From Dehalococcoidia bacterium (GTDB lineage: Bacteria > Chloroflexota > Dehalococcoidia > Lucifugimonadales > JAGWBF01), in assembly GCA_963663025.1 (NCBI GenBank), contig OY760073.1, forward strand, positions 937,354 through 1,001,353: 64,000 nucleotides of DNA, given 5' to 3'. A model generated the notes under the pieces. It ran no database searches. It was not told the DNA's origin and worked only from the letters and a program-made list of their open reading frames with translations. Positions 45,467 to 54,796 of this stretch are shown here, piece after piece. The position numbers were made by a program, and so were the translations under genes. How positions within the stretch are numbered: the stretch's first letter is position 1; every line of letters begins with the position of its first letter.

Positions 45467-45925
45467 GTGGCATTGGTAAGTGTTGTTATGGGAAGCGCAT
45501 CCGACGAGGCGGTGGTCGGGCAGTCGGCCGCCGTGCTGGAACAGATGGGGATCGATTACGAGGTCAAGGTGATGTCAGCCCACCGCACCCCCGAGCAGGT
45601 GCGCCAGTACGCCAAGGAGGCGCGAGACAGGGGCACCGAAGTGTTCATCGCCGCAGCAGGAGGCTCGGCGGGACTTCCGGGAGTTATAGCATCCTGGACG
45701 ACGCTGCCGGTGATAGGAGTGCCGCTGGCGAGTAGCGATTTGAACGGTCTGGATGCCCTCATGGCCATTGCCCAGATGCCCCCGGGTATACCCGTCGCTT
45801 GCGTAGCTGTGGGTAGCTGGGGTGCCCGCAATGCCGCCTTCCTGGCAGCGCAGATTTTGGGCCTCAAGTATGATACGATAAGACAGGCTTATGACCAGTA
45901 CAGGGACAAACTACAGCAAGGCTAG
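45467..45925 (+). CDS. purE: 5-(carboxyamino)imidazole ribonucleotide mutase
   Basis: VSVVMGSASD...MSAHRTP...AAAGGSAGLPGVIAS.TTLPVIGVP. GTG lies 8 nt after AGGAGG. Confidence 0.9.
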   Translation: MALVSVVMGSASDEAVVGQSAAVLEQMGIDYEVKVMSAHRTPEQVRQYAKEARDRGTEVFIAAAGGSAGLPGVIASWTTLPVIGVPLASSDLNGLDALMAIAQMPPGIPVACVAVGSWGARNAAFLAAQILGLKYDTIRQAYDQYRDKLQQG

Positions 45926-46658
45926 CCCCTCATCCGCACGGGCTGCCAGCAAAGGGCGAACGCCCCAATCGACCAAGCCATTAGTTGTCATCACCGACTT
46001 CGATGACACCGTCGCCATCGAAAACGTAGCGGAGCTCATTTTCGAAGAGCTCTGCACCGACCAGGGATGGCGGGTGCTAAGGCAGCAGTCCCGTGACAAG
46101 GTGATCTCCCTCAGGGAATACCAGGAACAGGCCTTCCGCATGACCGGCGCCAGCCTGGAAGAGATGCAGGCTAAGGTGAGGGAGAAGGCAACCCTGCGTC
46201 CCCATTTCAGGGAGCTTTGGGAGTTCACCCAGCAGGCTGGCATCCCCATGGCCATCGTCAGCCTTGGAATGGACTTTTACATTGAAGCAATGCTGGGGAG
46301 GGAAGGGCTGGAGTGTATTCCCCGTCATTCGGCCTCCGCTGATTTTTCTAATGGGACAATCTCATACAGCTATCCCTACCCTTGGGATGGCTCCGGTTCA
46401 TCCAGCTTCGAGGTGTGCAGCCAGTGGGGCACCTGCAAGTGCAGCGTCCTGAACAGCTATATCCAGAAGGGGTACGCCATCAACTACATAGGAGATGGCA
46501 GGTCCGACATGTGCCCAGCGTACATGGCAGACCACATATTTGCCCGCAGCTATTTGGCTGAGCTTTGCGAGGAGAAAAAGCTGCCCTACACCCCCTTCGA
46601 TACCTTCATGGATGTGATAGAAAGGCTCAAGGCCAGAGCAGGAGTGGAAGCTTCGTGA
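45891..46658 (+). CDS. HAD-IB phosphatase (MtnX / phosphoserine-phosphatase-like)
   Basis: VVITDFDDTV (motif I) and YIGDGRSDMCPA (motif IV). The only canonical start, ATG 45891, overlaps purE by 35 nt. The stop overlaps the purB GTG (GTGA). Confidence 0.7.
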   Translation: MTSTGTNYSKASPSSARAASKGRTPQSTKPLVVITDFDDTVAIENVAELIFEELCTDQGWRVLRQQSRDKVISLREYQEQAFRMTGASLEEMQAKVREKATLRPHFRELWEFTQQAGIPMAIVSLGMDFYIEAMLGREGLECIPRHSASADFSNGTISYSYPYPWDGSGSSSFEVCSQWGTCKCSVLNSYIQKGYAINYIGDGRSDMCPAYMADHIFARSYLAELCEEKKLPYTPFDTFMDVIERLKARAGVEAS

Positions 46659-47977
46659 TCGATCGATACTCCCGTCCTGCGATGAAGCTGGTCTGGTCCG
46701 ATGAGAATAAGTACGCCAAGTGGCTTGCCGTAGAGTTGGCGGTGTGCGAAGCATGGACCGAGGAAGGCACCATTCCCGACGAAGATATGCGGAAGCTGAG
46801 AAACGCCCGCTTCGACGCCGCTCGGATGGACGAGGTGTTCCAAAGGACTCGCCACGATGTAACGGCGTTCCTGCGCTCCATCACCGACAACCTGGGGGAG
46901 GAAGGACGCTGGATTCACTTGGGGCTTACCTCCAGTGACGTGATGGATACAGCTTTGAGCTTGCAGATGGTTGAAGCGGCGGACCTGCTTATCCAGGAAG
47001 CAAAGGGGCTCAGAGACACCCTGGAGGGGATGGCCCGGACATATAAGGACACCCCGATGATGGGCCGCACCCACGGCATCCACGGCGAACCGATCACCTT
47101 CGGCCTCAAGCTGGCTCTGTGGTGGGACGAGATCCGTCGCAACGTCGAGCGCCTGGAGCAGGCCAAGCTTAACATCAGCGTCGGCAAGATATCGGGGGCT
47201 GTCGGCACCCATGCGACGGTGCCCCCTGGCATCGAGACCAGGGTCTGCGAGCGGTTGGGTCTGGGGGTGGCCCCCGTTTCCAGCCAGATCATCCAGCGGG
47301 ACCGGCATGCTCACTTCCTGTCGGCCCTCGCCATAACGGCCGCATCCCTGGAGAAGTTCGCTACTGAGATCAGGTCCCTCCAGCGCACAGAAGTGCGGGA
47401 AGTCGAGGAGCCTTTTGGCGAAGGCCAGACAGGCTCCTCCGCTATGCCTCACAAGCGCAACCCAGAGCTGTCCGAGAGGGTGTGCGGCTTGTCCCGCCTG
47501 ATACGGGGACACTTGGTGACGGCATTGGAGAATGTTGCCCTGTGGCATGAGCGGGACATCAGCCACTCCTCGGCTGAGCGTCTGATCCTGCCCGATTCAT
47601 GCCTGGCCTTGGACTACATCCTGGCGCTGTTCAACCAGGTTATGCAGGGCCTGCGTGTGTACCCGGACCGGATGTGGCAGAACATGGAGAGCACCCGCGG
47701 TGTTCTGTTCAGCCAGAGGGTGCTGCTATCCCTAGTAGAGAAGGGGCTGGCTAGGGACAAGGCCTACCACCTTGTCCAGGCCAACGCTATGCGAAGCTGG
47801 GATGAAGGCTACGATTTTCGCGACCTAACTAGAAAGGACGCCGCCATCCAGTCATACATCTCCGGTGACGAGATGGACGATCTGTTCGATTACAGCTACT
47901 ACCTGCGATACGTGGATGAGACCTTCGAGCGGGTGGGGCTTCAGACGCCAGCAGTAATGGATGCAACAACAAGATGA
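46655..47977 (+). CDS. purB: adenylosuccinate lyase
   Basis: IDRYSRPAMKLVWSDENKY...GLTSSDVMDT...GSSAMPHKRNPELSE. Confidence 0.93.
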   Translation: MIDRYSRPAMKLVWSDENKYAKWLAVELAVCEAWTEEGTIPDEDMRKLRNARFDAARMDEVFQRTRHDVTAFLRSITDNLGEEGRWIHLGLTSSDVMDTALSLQMVEAADLLIQEAKGLRDTLEGMARTYKDTPMMGRTHGIHGEPITFGLKLALWWDEIRRNVERLEQAKLNISVGKISGAVGTHATVPPGIETRVCERLGLGVAPVSSQIIQRDRHAHFLSALAITAASLEKFATEIRSLQRTEVREVEEPFGEGQTGSSAMPHKRNPELSERVCGLSRLIRGHLVTALENVALWHERDISHSSAERLILPDSCLALDYILALFNQVMQGLRVYPDRMWQNMESTRGVLFSQRVLLSLVEKGLARDKAYHLVQANAMRSWDEGYDFRDLTRKDAAIQSYISGDEMDDLFDYSYYLRYVDETFERVGLQTPAVMDATTR

Positions 47978-47990
47978 GGTGGGGAAGCGA

Positions 47991-48911
47991 ATGGCGACAG
48001 GTATAACTCGGGACATGCTCTATCAAGGGAAGGTGCGGGACGTCTACAACCTGCCCGGTACCGTGCTCGGTACGGGACAGAAGGATGCGCTGCTCTTTGT
48101 GGCGTCGGACAGAATATCGGCCTTCGATGTGGTGCTGCCAACGCTGATTCCCGACAAGGGAAAGGTGCTGAACCAGATCTCGGCCTTCTGGTTCGACAAG
48201 ACCCAGCACATCCTGCCCAACCACATGCTACAGGTGGTGGAGCCGGGCTGGCTGTCGGATATCGAAGATGAAACCACTTCGTCGGAGCTGGCCTCCTTCA
48301 CCCACCGGGGCATGGTGGTCAAGCGGGCGGAGCGCATCGACATCGAGTGCATCGTCCGGGGCTATCTGGCAGGCTCGGCTTGGAGCGAGTACAAGGCCAG
48401 CGGGACCGTATGGGGCCAGAGTTTCCCTGCGGGGATGAAGGAAGGCCAGCTTCTGGAGAGACCCCTGTTCACGCCAACGACCAAGGCGGAAGAGGGACAC
48501 GACGAAAGCATGACCAACCAACAGGTCGTTGATATGGTCGGTCAGGACCTGGCCCAACGCCTGGAAGAAGTGAGCATTGCCCTCTTCTCTTTCGCCCACG
48601 AGTATGCCAGGGAGCGGGGCATCATCCTGGCGGACACCAAGATGGAATTCGGCCTGCTGGACGGGGAGCTTATCCTGATCGACGAGCTGTTCACCCCCGA
48701 TTCCAGCCGGTTCTGGGATGCATCGGCCTATGAGCCGGGTCAGTCCCAGCCCAACTACGACAAGCAATTTGTCAGGGACTGGCTCATCGACCAGGGCTGG
48801 GACCGGGAGCCTCCTGCGCCCGAGCTGCCCGACGAAGTCGTCAGGCTAACCCAGGAGCGCTACTTTGAGGCCTACCAGCGCTTAACGGGCACGGGCTTGT
48901 ACGATAACTGA
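47991..48911 (+). CDS. purC: phosphoribosylaminoimidazole-succinocarboxamide synthase
   Basis: LYQGKVRDVY...ASDRISAFD...ILADTKMEFG...DELFTPDSSRFW. Confidence 0.92.
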   Translation: MATGITRDMLYQGKVRDVYNLPGTVLGTGQKDALLFVASDRISAFDVVLPTLIPDKGKVLNQISAFWFDKTQHILPNHMLQVVEPGWLSDIEDETTSSELASFTHRGMVVKRAERIDIECIVRGYLAGSAWSEYKASGTVWGQSFPAGMKEGQLLERPLFTPTTKAEEGHDESMTNQQVVDMVGQDLAQRLEEVSIALFSFAHEYARERGIILADTKMEFGLLDGELILIDELFTPDSSRFWDASAYEPGQSQPNYDKQFVRDWLIDQGWDREPPAPELPDEVVRLTQERYFEAYQRLTGTGLYDN

Positions 48912-48931
48912 TGATTACCAGGAGCATTTAA

Positions 48932-49642
48932 TTGCCGCAAAGCAACCAAAGAAGGGGTGGAAGAAGACGCTCGGGGCGGGGTATCCGTGGTGGATCGCCG
49001 GGACGCCGGGGCGGAGGCGGGACTGTCCAAACGTCGGGAGGACGCAATCGCTTTGGTAGGCGCCTCACCCGGTGGGTCGTAGTTGGCGTCGTCGCGGTAG
49101 TTGCCATCCTCATCATCTTTAGCTTTGCAATCACCGCCATAGATCCCGGCGGCACCCTTGGAAATGACTCAGGAGGGACGGGAGAAAGGGTAGGGGAATT
49201 CCACGAGAGCATCGGGAATGAACACATCCCCAGGTTCGAGAGCTATACAAACTACAACACTACCCCGCCCACATCCGGGCCCCATTGGGATGTGATGAGC
49301 AATCCCCGCGTGCCCGTGGACTGCGGGTTCTATGACCAGCAACTGCGTAATGAGCGCACGGTGCACAACCTAGAGCACGGCCACATAGTGATCAGCTACA
49401 ACATCAGTGATGAAGATAAGAGAGAGGCTCTCTTCAATGCTGTCCGTGACCTTCCCGGTTGGTCCAGGTACGTCGTGGTGCAGCCCTACGCTCAGTTGCC
49501 CGAGGGCGAGATAGTCATGACAGGCTGGGAGTACCTGCAGCGCTTTAGCGAGGTGGACCTTGAAGGCATGCAGGAGTTCTACGACGCCCGACGGGGACAT
49601 GGCCTTGAAGGACCTGCCGGGCTGGGCATACCTTGTCTATAG
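48932..49642 (+). CDS. DUF3105 domain-containing membrane-anchored protein
   Basis: Arg/Gly-rich N-terminus, one TM segment, then PPTSGPHW...HNLEHGHIVISYN. Confidence 0.75.
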   Translation: MPQSNQRRGGRRRSGRGIRGGSPGRRGGGGTVQTSGGRNRFGRRLTRWVVVGVVAVVAILIIFSFAITAIDPGGTLGNDSGGTGERVGEFHESIGNEHIPRFESYTNYNTTPPTSGPHWDVMSNPRVPVDCGFYDQQLRNERTVHNLEHGHIVISYNISDEDKREALFNAVRDLPGWSRYVVVQPYAQLPEGEIVMTGWEYLQRFSEVDLEGMQEFYDARRGHGLEGPAGLGIPCL

Positions 49643-49656
49643 CCCGGACAGAATGA

Positions 49657-49908
49657 ATGTACCTGGCCAAGGTGCACGTAACCCTCAAGCCCACGGTCAG
49701 CGACCCCCAAGGTCAGACTGTCCTGGGAGGCCTGAAGATGCTAGGGTTCGACTCGGTGCAGTCCGTGCGAATGGGCAAGTACCTTGAGATGCAGTTGGAT
49801 ACTGACAGCCAGGAGGCAGCCCAGGAGCAGGTCAGCCAGATGTGCAGCCGACTGCTGGCAAACATGGTCATCGAGGAGTTCAGCTTCGAGCTGGAGGAGA
49901 CTGACTAG
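49657..49908 (+). CDS. purS: phosphoribosylformylglycinamidine synthase subunit PurS
   Basis: 83 aa: VHVTLKPTVSDPQGQTVLGGLKMLGF...VRMGKYLEM. Confidence 0.88.
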   Translation: MYLAKVHVTLKPTVSDPQGQTVLGGLKMLGFDSVQSVRMGKYLEMQLDTDSQEAAQEQVSQMCSRLLANMVIEEFSFELEETD

Positions 49909-49916
49909 CTCCGGGT

Positions 49917-50516
49917 CTAGCCGTCGATGGTTCCCTTGGTGCTGGGCACCTGTCCCGGCGCCCTGGGGTCCAGTTCCACAGCGTCCCGCAGCGCCCTCGC
50001 CAGTGCCTTGAACAACCCTTCAGCCTTGTGGTGCCCGTTGAGCCCAGTCAGGATCCTGGCATGCAAGTTCATCTTCGCCTCGATGGCGAAGCTCTCCAGC
50101 AGGTGCCTCACCAGGTCTCCGGGAAGGGTTTCCACCATCTCTCCGGACAGTCCGATATCCAGGCAGGCGTAGCTCCGCCCGCTTAGGTCAACGGCCACCA
50201 TAGCCAGGGTCTCGTCCAGGGGCACCAGGGCATGGCCCATCCTGCGGATGCCTGTGCCGTCGCCCAGCGCCTCGCGCAGGCCCCGGCCCAGGGTGATGCC
50301 GGTGTCCTCAACCAGGTGATGCCAGCCTGTCTCCAGGTCTCCCTCAGCCTGAAGACTGATGTCTATCAGGCTGTGGCGTGACAGCTGGGACACCAGGTGG
50401 TCCAGCATGCCGTTGCCCGTTGTTACGTCATATGCGCCCTGGCCATCCAGGTCTATGGTCAGACGGCAGTGGGTCTCCCTGGTCTGACGGTCGATGATTG
50501 CTGTACGGGATGCCAT
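49917..50516 (-). CDS. hisB: imidazoleglycerol-phosphate dehydratase
   Basis: RQTRETHCRLTIDLDG...GMLDHL...HHLVEDTGI...NGHHKAEGLFKA. Confidence 0.93.
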   Translation of the reverse strand: MASRTAIIDRQTRETHCRLTIDLDGQGAYDVTTGNGMLDHLVSQLSRHSLIDISLQAEGDLETGWHHLVEDTGITLGRGLREALGDGTGIRRMGHALVPLDETLAMVAVDLSGRSYACLDIGLSGEMVETLPGDLVRHLLESFAIEAKMNLHARILTGLNGHHKAEGLFKALARALRDAVELDPRAPGQVPSTKGTIDG

Positions 50517-50558
50517 GGTAGTGCTCCTAGCGGTATCGGAAAGCCGGAAGTACCGGCT

Positions 50559-51647
50559 TTAGACCATATCCTTCGTTATGTCTGTCAGGGCGGCAACCAG
50601 GGCATCGGTCTCGTGGGGCAGACCGACGCTGATCCTGGCGTGGTCCTTCATGCGCTCGTTGGAGAAGTAACGGACGAATATGCCCCGCATAGCCAGCCCG
50701 TTGACCACATCCTGTCCCCTTCCCTGGGGGAAGCGGCACAGGATGAAATTTGCGTCGGATGGCCAGACGGTAAGGCCCGGGACCTGCTCTAACAGCGAGT
50801 ACATCCTATCTCGCTCGTTGATTATGGTCCTCACCCGCTCCAATAAGGGTTCCAGGTTCTCCAGCGACGCCAGCAAGGCGACCTCCGCCGCCAGGTTGAC
50901 GTTGTACGGGGGCTTGACCGCCATCATTATCTTGGCCATGTCTGGGTCCATGACCCCCAGGCCTATTCGCAAACCGGCCAGTCCCGCCCACTTGCTGAAG
51001 GTCCGAAGCACCACCAGGTTGGGATGGTCCTTGACCATCGGCATCACTGTCTTGCCGCAGAACTCGTAATAGGTCTCGTCCACAACGACCATGATGCCTG
51101 TCTTCAGCAGCTCTTCTATCTGCCAGTCCGGTGTGGAGTTGCCGGTGGGATTGTTGGGCGACGCGATAAGGATAGCCTTGGTCTCTGAATCGATGGCTAG
51201 GCGCGTCGATTCCAGGTCTATATCGAAGGACTCATTGCGAGGTACCACTACAACGTTGCCGCCGCATATCCGGGCGCAGATGGCGTACATACCGAAGGTA
51301 GGGTCGGGCTCTATCATCTTCTCGCCGGGTCCAATGACCATGCGAAGGGTCAGGTCTATCAGCTCGTCGCTTCCGTTGCCGGCGATGATGTATTCCGGCT
51401 CAATACCCAGATAGCCCGATAGGGCATCCCTCAGGGCGCGCTGCTCGGGGTCGGGGTAGCGGTTGTAGTCCTTGAAGTTGCCAAGGGCTTGGCTGACCGC
51501 TGGAGAAGGTCCGTAGGGGTTCTCGTTGCCGTTGAGGCGGATGACCTTGTCAGCCGGTATCCCTGCCTTCTGGGCCAGTACCTCGCTGGGGTCCACCCCT
51601 TCGTACATCTTGAGGTTTCGGATGTGGGGCTGCAGCGGATCAAGCAT
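50559..51647 (-). CDS. hisC: histidinol-phosphate aminotransferase
   Basis: IRLNGNENPYGPSP...ASPNNPTG...RTFSKWAGLAGLRIG. Confidence 0.92.
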   Translation of the reverse strand: MLDPLQPHIRNLKMYEGVDPSEVLAQKAGIPADKVIRLNGNENPYGPSPAVSQALGNFKDYNRYPDPEQRALRDALSGYLGIEPEYIIAGNGSDELIDLTLRMVIGPGEKMIEPDPTFGMYAICARICGGNVVVVPRNESFDIDLESTRLAIDSETKAILIASPNNPTGNSTPDWQIEELLKTGIMVVVDETYYEFCGKTVMPMVKDHPNLVVLRTFSKWAGLAGLRIGLGVMDPDMAKIMMAVKPPYNVNLAAEVALLASLENLEPLLERVRTIINERDRMYSLLEQVPGLTVWPSDANFILCRFPQGRGQDVVNGLAMRGIFVRYFSNERMKDHARISVGLPHETDALVAALTDITKDMV

Positions 51648-52986
51648 CGCTAATCCCCGCCAGTCCCTCCAGCCTGACCTCGACGGCCCGGGCGTGACCC
51701 GTCAGCCCTTCGGCTTTGGCGATCTGGGAGGCTGCCTCTGCCAGGGGTGGGTACGCCTCGGGCTTGAGTCCAACCACGGGCATGGTCTTCAAGAAGTGAT
51801 GAATGCTAAGGGCCGAGTTGAACCTGGCGGTTCCGCCCGTCGGCATCACATGGCTGGGGCCTGCTACATAGTCGCCCATGACCTCTGGGGAGTACTCTCC
51901 CAGGAACACCCCGCCGGCATGCCTGACCTTGGCAGCCCATGCCCATGCATCCTTGACCATCAGGCAAAGGTGCTCGGGCGCGATGGCGTTGGCCAGCTCG
52001 ACGGCCTCGTCCAGGTCGTCCATGAGGAACACCTTTCCCTGGGACTGGATGGAAGCCCCAGCGGTGTCGCCCCGGTCGAGGGTGGCGAGCTGCTTGTCCA
52101 GCTCGACCTCGATGTCGGACACCAGGTTGCGGGACGTGGTCACCAGTATGGGGCATGCAAGGGGGTCATGTTCGGCCTGGGCCAGCAGATCCGCCGCGCA
52201 GTAGACGGGGTTGGCGGTCTCGTCGGCGACGACTATCGTCTCGGTGGGCCCGTATATCCCGTCGATATCGACCTCACCGAACACCAGCCTCTTTGCTATG
52301 GTTACGAAGATGTTGCCGGGACCGCATATCTTGTCAACCTTGGGAATCGTCTCGGTGCCGTAGGCCATGGCGCCGATGGCTTGCGCGCCGCCCACGCAGA
52401 ACACCTGATCCACGCCAGCCAGGTGGGCGGCAGCCATGACGGCAGGGGCAGGATACGCCCCACCCCGGGCAGGAGATGTAAGGACGATTTCTTTCACGCC
52501 GGCGACCCTGGCGGGTATGGCCGTCATCAGCACTGTGGAGGGGTAGGCTGCCGTACCGCCGGGCACGTATATACCAATCCTCTCCAGGGGAACGACCAGC
52601 TCACCGAGTCCAGAGGGCAAGTCCAGCCAGCTCTGGCGCATCGTAGGGCGGTGAAACTCCTCTACTCGCTGGGCTGCCAGCTCCAAGGCATCCCTCAAGG
52701 AGTCGGGAAGGTTGTTCCAGGCCGCGGACAACTCTTCTTTGGGCACCTTGATGACATCCAGGTCCACGCCATCCAGGGCCTTGGTGTACCTGCGCAGAGC
52801 ATCGTCGCCCTGGGAGCGCACATCCTGAAGAATGCGGGTTACCGACTCGGAAACCGAGAGCCTCTCCCCAAAAACTTCGAAGGTCTTCTGAGAGACCCCC
52901 TCGGGCAGGGACGATACATCCAGGGGGTCGACCCTCTTGAAGGAGTCTTTAGAAGCTTCCGCCCCCCTAACTATTTGCAGGTTCAC
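51640..52986 (-). CDS. hisD: histidinol dehydrogenase
   Basis: VPGGTAAYPSTVLM...ICGPGNIFV...LAQAEHD...APEHL. GTG start. Confidence 0.93.
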   Translation of the reverse strand: MNLQIVRGAEASKDSFKRVDPLDVSSLPEGVSQKTFEVFGERLSVSESVTRILQDVRSQGDDALRRYTKALDGVDLDVIKVPKEELSAAWNNLPDSLRDALELAAQRVEEFHRPTMRQSWLDLPSGLGELVVPLERIGIYVPGGTAAYPSTVLMTAIPARVAGVKEIVLTSPARGGAYPAPAVMAAAHLAGVDQVFCVGGAQAIGAMAYGTETIPKVDKICGPGNIFVTIAKRLVFGEVDIDGIYGPTETIVVADETANPVYCAADLLAQAEHDPLACPILVTTSRNLVSDIEVELDKQLATLDRGDTAGASIQSQGKVFLMDDLDEAVELANAIAPEHLCLMVKDAWAWAAKVRHAGGVFLGEYSPEVMGDYVAGPSHVMPTGGTARFNSALSIHHFLKTMPVVGLKPEAYPPLAEAASQIAKAEGLTGHARAVEVRLEGLAGISDA

Positions 52987-53740
52987 CCAAGTACTCCTTG
53001 ACCATTCGAACGGATTCGGCTATCGCCTTGTCGCGATAGGTTGCTATCTTGTCTTTGGGCACCAGGCCGTACACTTCTTCCAGGCTATCGGGCATGCTGA
53101 GGAGGAAGTCCTCGGCGATCCTGGAGGCATCGGCGTCGTCCCTGTACATCCGGCGGGTGGCAAACCTGAGGCGCTCCCAGGTGAAGTCCCAGGTCGTGAA
53201 CTTGACGACCCATTCCCGCCACTGGGCTAACTGCTCACCATCCAGGAATCCTATGGCCACATCCTTTTCGGAGCCCTGAAGGTGTTGGCGAATCTCCTCG
53301 CGGTCCCCCATGTCGTCCATGGCAACCCGGTCCATATCCAGCTGCAGGGCCCTGTCCCAGATGTTGGCCTGCATCCTCTCCAGCTCTATCGAACGTCCGC
53401 CAAAGTACTGCTGGTAGATGTCCATTATCCAGGTCTCATCGGCGGCCAGGTGGGACAGATAACCGGCCAGGAAAGCTGCGGTTGCAGGTCCCAGCTTGGA
53501 CTTGTCGGCAAGCTCGGGATGCGATCCGAACAGGCCCTCGGCGCCCGCGCCAATTTTCTTTGTCGCCAGGGGGGCGAAGTGGGTGTCCTCTCGCTTGCCT
53601 TTGGTCATGGCCCTGATGTCGGGGGTCGTGGATCCCAGCAGAAAGCAGCCCAGGTATGAGTCTATGTCCGGGTCTTCCATCTGCTCACGTACTTTGAGGG
53701 CCATGTCCAGGTGTACCGGCAGGTTGGGCACTTCAGTCAT
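52967..53740 (-). CDS. zinc-dependent phospholipase C-like family protein (hypothetical)
   Basis: PVHLDMAL...FLLGSTTPDIRA...THF...GYLSHLAADETW pattern. ATG 53740 overlaps the hisG stop by 8 nt. The 3' end overlaps the hisD start by 20 nt. Confidence 0.55.
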   Translation of the reverse strand: MTEVPNLPVHLDMALKVREQMEDPDIDSYLGCFLLGSTTPDIRAMTKGKREDTHFAPLATKKIGAGAEGLFGSHPELADKSKLGPATAAFLAGYLSHLAADETWIMDIYQQYFGGRSIELERMQANIWDRALQLDMDRVAMDDMGDREEIRQHLQGSEKDVAIGFLDGEQLAQWREWVVKFTTWDFTWERLRFATRRMYRDDADASRIAEDFLLSMPDSLEEVYGLVPKDKIATYRDKAIAESVRMVKEYLGEPANS

Positions 53741-54791
53741 CCTCCAGGGCATCCGCCAGGTTCCGGTAGGACTGGCAGTGGTGTTCGAAAAGGTAGCTGA
53801 CAGGCGACGCGGCCACATCCTTTGCGCCTGCGTTTCGCAGGTGGTCTACCGCGTCAAGTATGCCTTCTTTGCGCACCAGCAAGCTGACCGAGTACCAGTC
53901 TTGACCTTCGACATTATACACCCTGGATATGGTCGGGCCCTGAAGGCCGGCCAAGTCTGGTCTGCTCAGAATCCGAATGCTTACAGACTCGGCTGAGTCG
54001 CCGTGAACGTTGGCCGTAAGGCGATAAAAAGTGCCGCCCTTGAGGTAGCCTTCTATCCGCTCCAGGAGTTCCCGGGCCAGGGTCAGCCCGTCGGGGTGGG
54101 CCTTCAGAGCCTTACGATTCCCGATCAGGCAAGCCTGGGAGGTAAGGACGGAGCCGTCGCCCAGGGTTTTCAGGCCGTTTTCCCTTAAGGTGACCCCGCT
54201 GGCAGTCAGGTCGGCTATCAGGTCCGCATATCCCGCCATGGGAGCCGCTTCGAGGCTGCCGCTGGCCTGAATGAGGGAGAAGTAGTTGATTCCCCCGCGG
54301 TTGAGAAACGATTGGAGAAGCCTGGGGTACTTGGTGGCGATGCGAAGCTGTTTCCCCTGGTTGCGGAAGTCCAGCGCGACATCGCCAAGGTCGCTCAGGG
54401 AAGATACGTCTAGCCAGGATGCGGGCACAGCCAACACCAGGTCGCATCGACCGTAGCCCAGGTCCTGGATGACCGGAATGACCGGGCTGGCTTCGTGGCG
54501 CAGCTCCAGGTACCTGTCCAGGCCTGTAATGCCAAGCTCCGCGCTGCCCTCCTCCACCTTCTGGGTAATGTCCGCCGTCCGCTGGAATAGGACATCGATC
54601 TTGGGCACGCCCGGTATGTAGGCCGAGTAGCTGCGAGAACTGGGACGCTCCACGGATATGCCGCAGGCACGCAGAAAGCCAAGGGTCGGTTCGTACAGCT
54701 CGCCGTCGCTGGGGAGAACAAGCCTCAGATGACCGGCGCGGAAGCCTGCTCCTCCGGTTTGACCGCCGTAGGCTGTGGGTGGAGTAAGCAT
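53733..54791 (-). CDS. hisG: ATP phosphoribosyltransferase, long form (with HisG_C-like regulatory domain)
   Basis: LRLVLPSDGELYEPTLGFL...RTADITQKVEEGSAELGITGLD...LIADLTASGVTLRENGL. An extra C-terminal region of about 100 aa follows: ...LAGLQGPTISRV...WYSVSLLV...LRNAGAKDVAASPV. Confidence 0.88.
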   Translation of the reverse strand: MLTPPTAYGGQTGGAGFRAGHLRLVLPSDGELYEPTLGFLRACGISVERPSSRSYSAYIPGVPKIDVLFQRTADITQKVEEGSAELGITGLDRYLELRHEASPVIPVIQDLGYGRCDLVLAVPASWLDVSSLSDLGDVALDFRNQGKQLRIATKYPRLLQSFLNRGGINYFSLIQASGSLEAAPMAGYADLIADLTASGVTLRENGLKTLGDGSVLTSQACLIGNRKALKAHPDGLTLARELLERIEGYLKGGTFYRLTANVHGDSAESVSIRILSRPDLAGLQGPTISRVYNVEGQDWYSVSLLVRKEGILDAVDHLRNAGAKDVAASPVSYLFEHHCQSYRNLADALEDD

Positions 54792-54796
54792 AGGCC

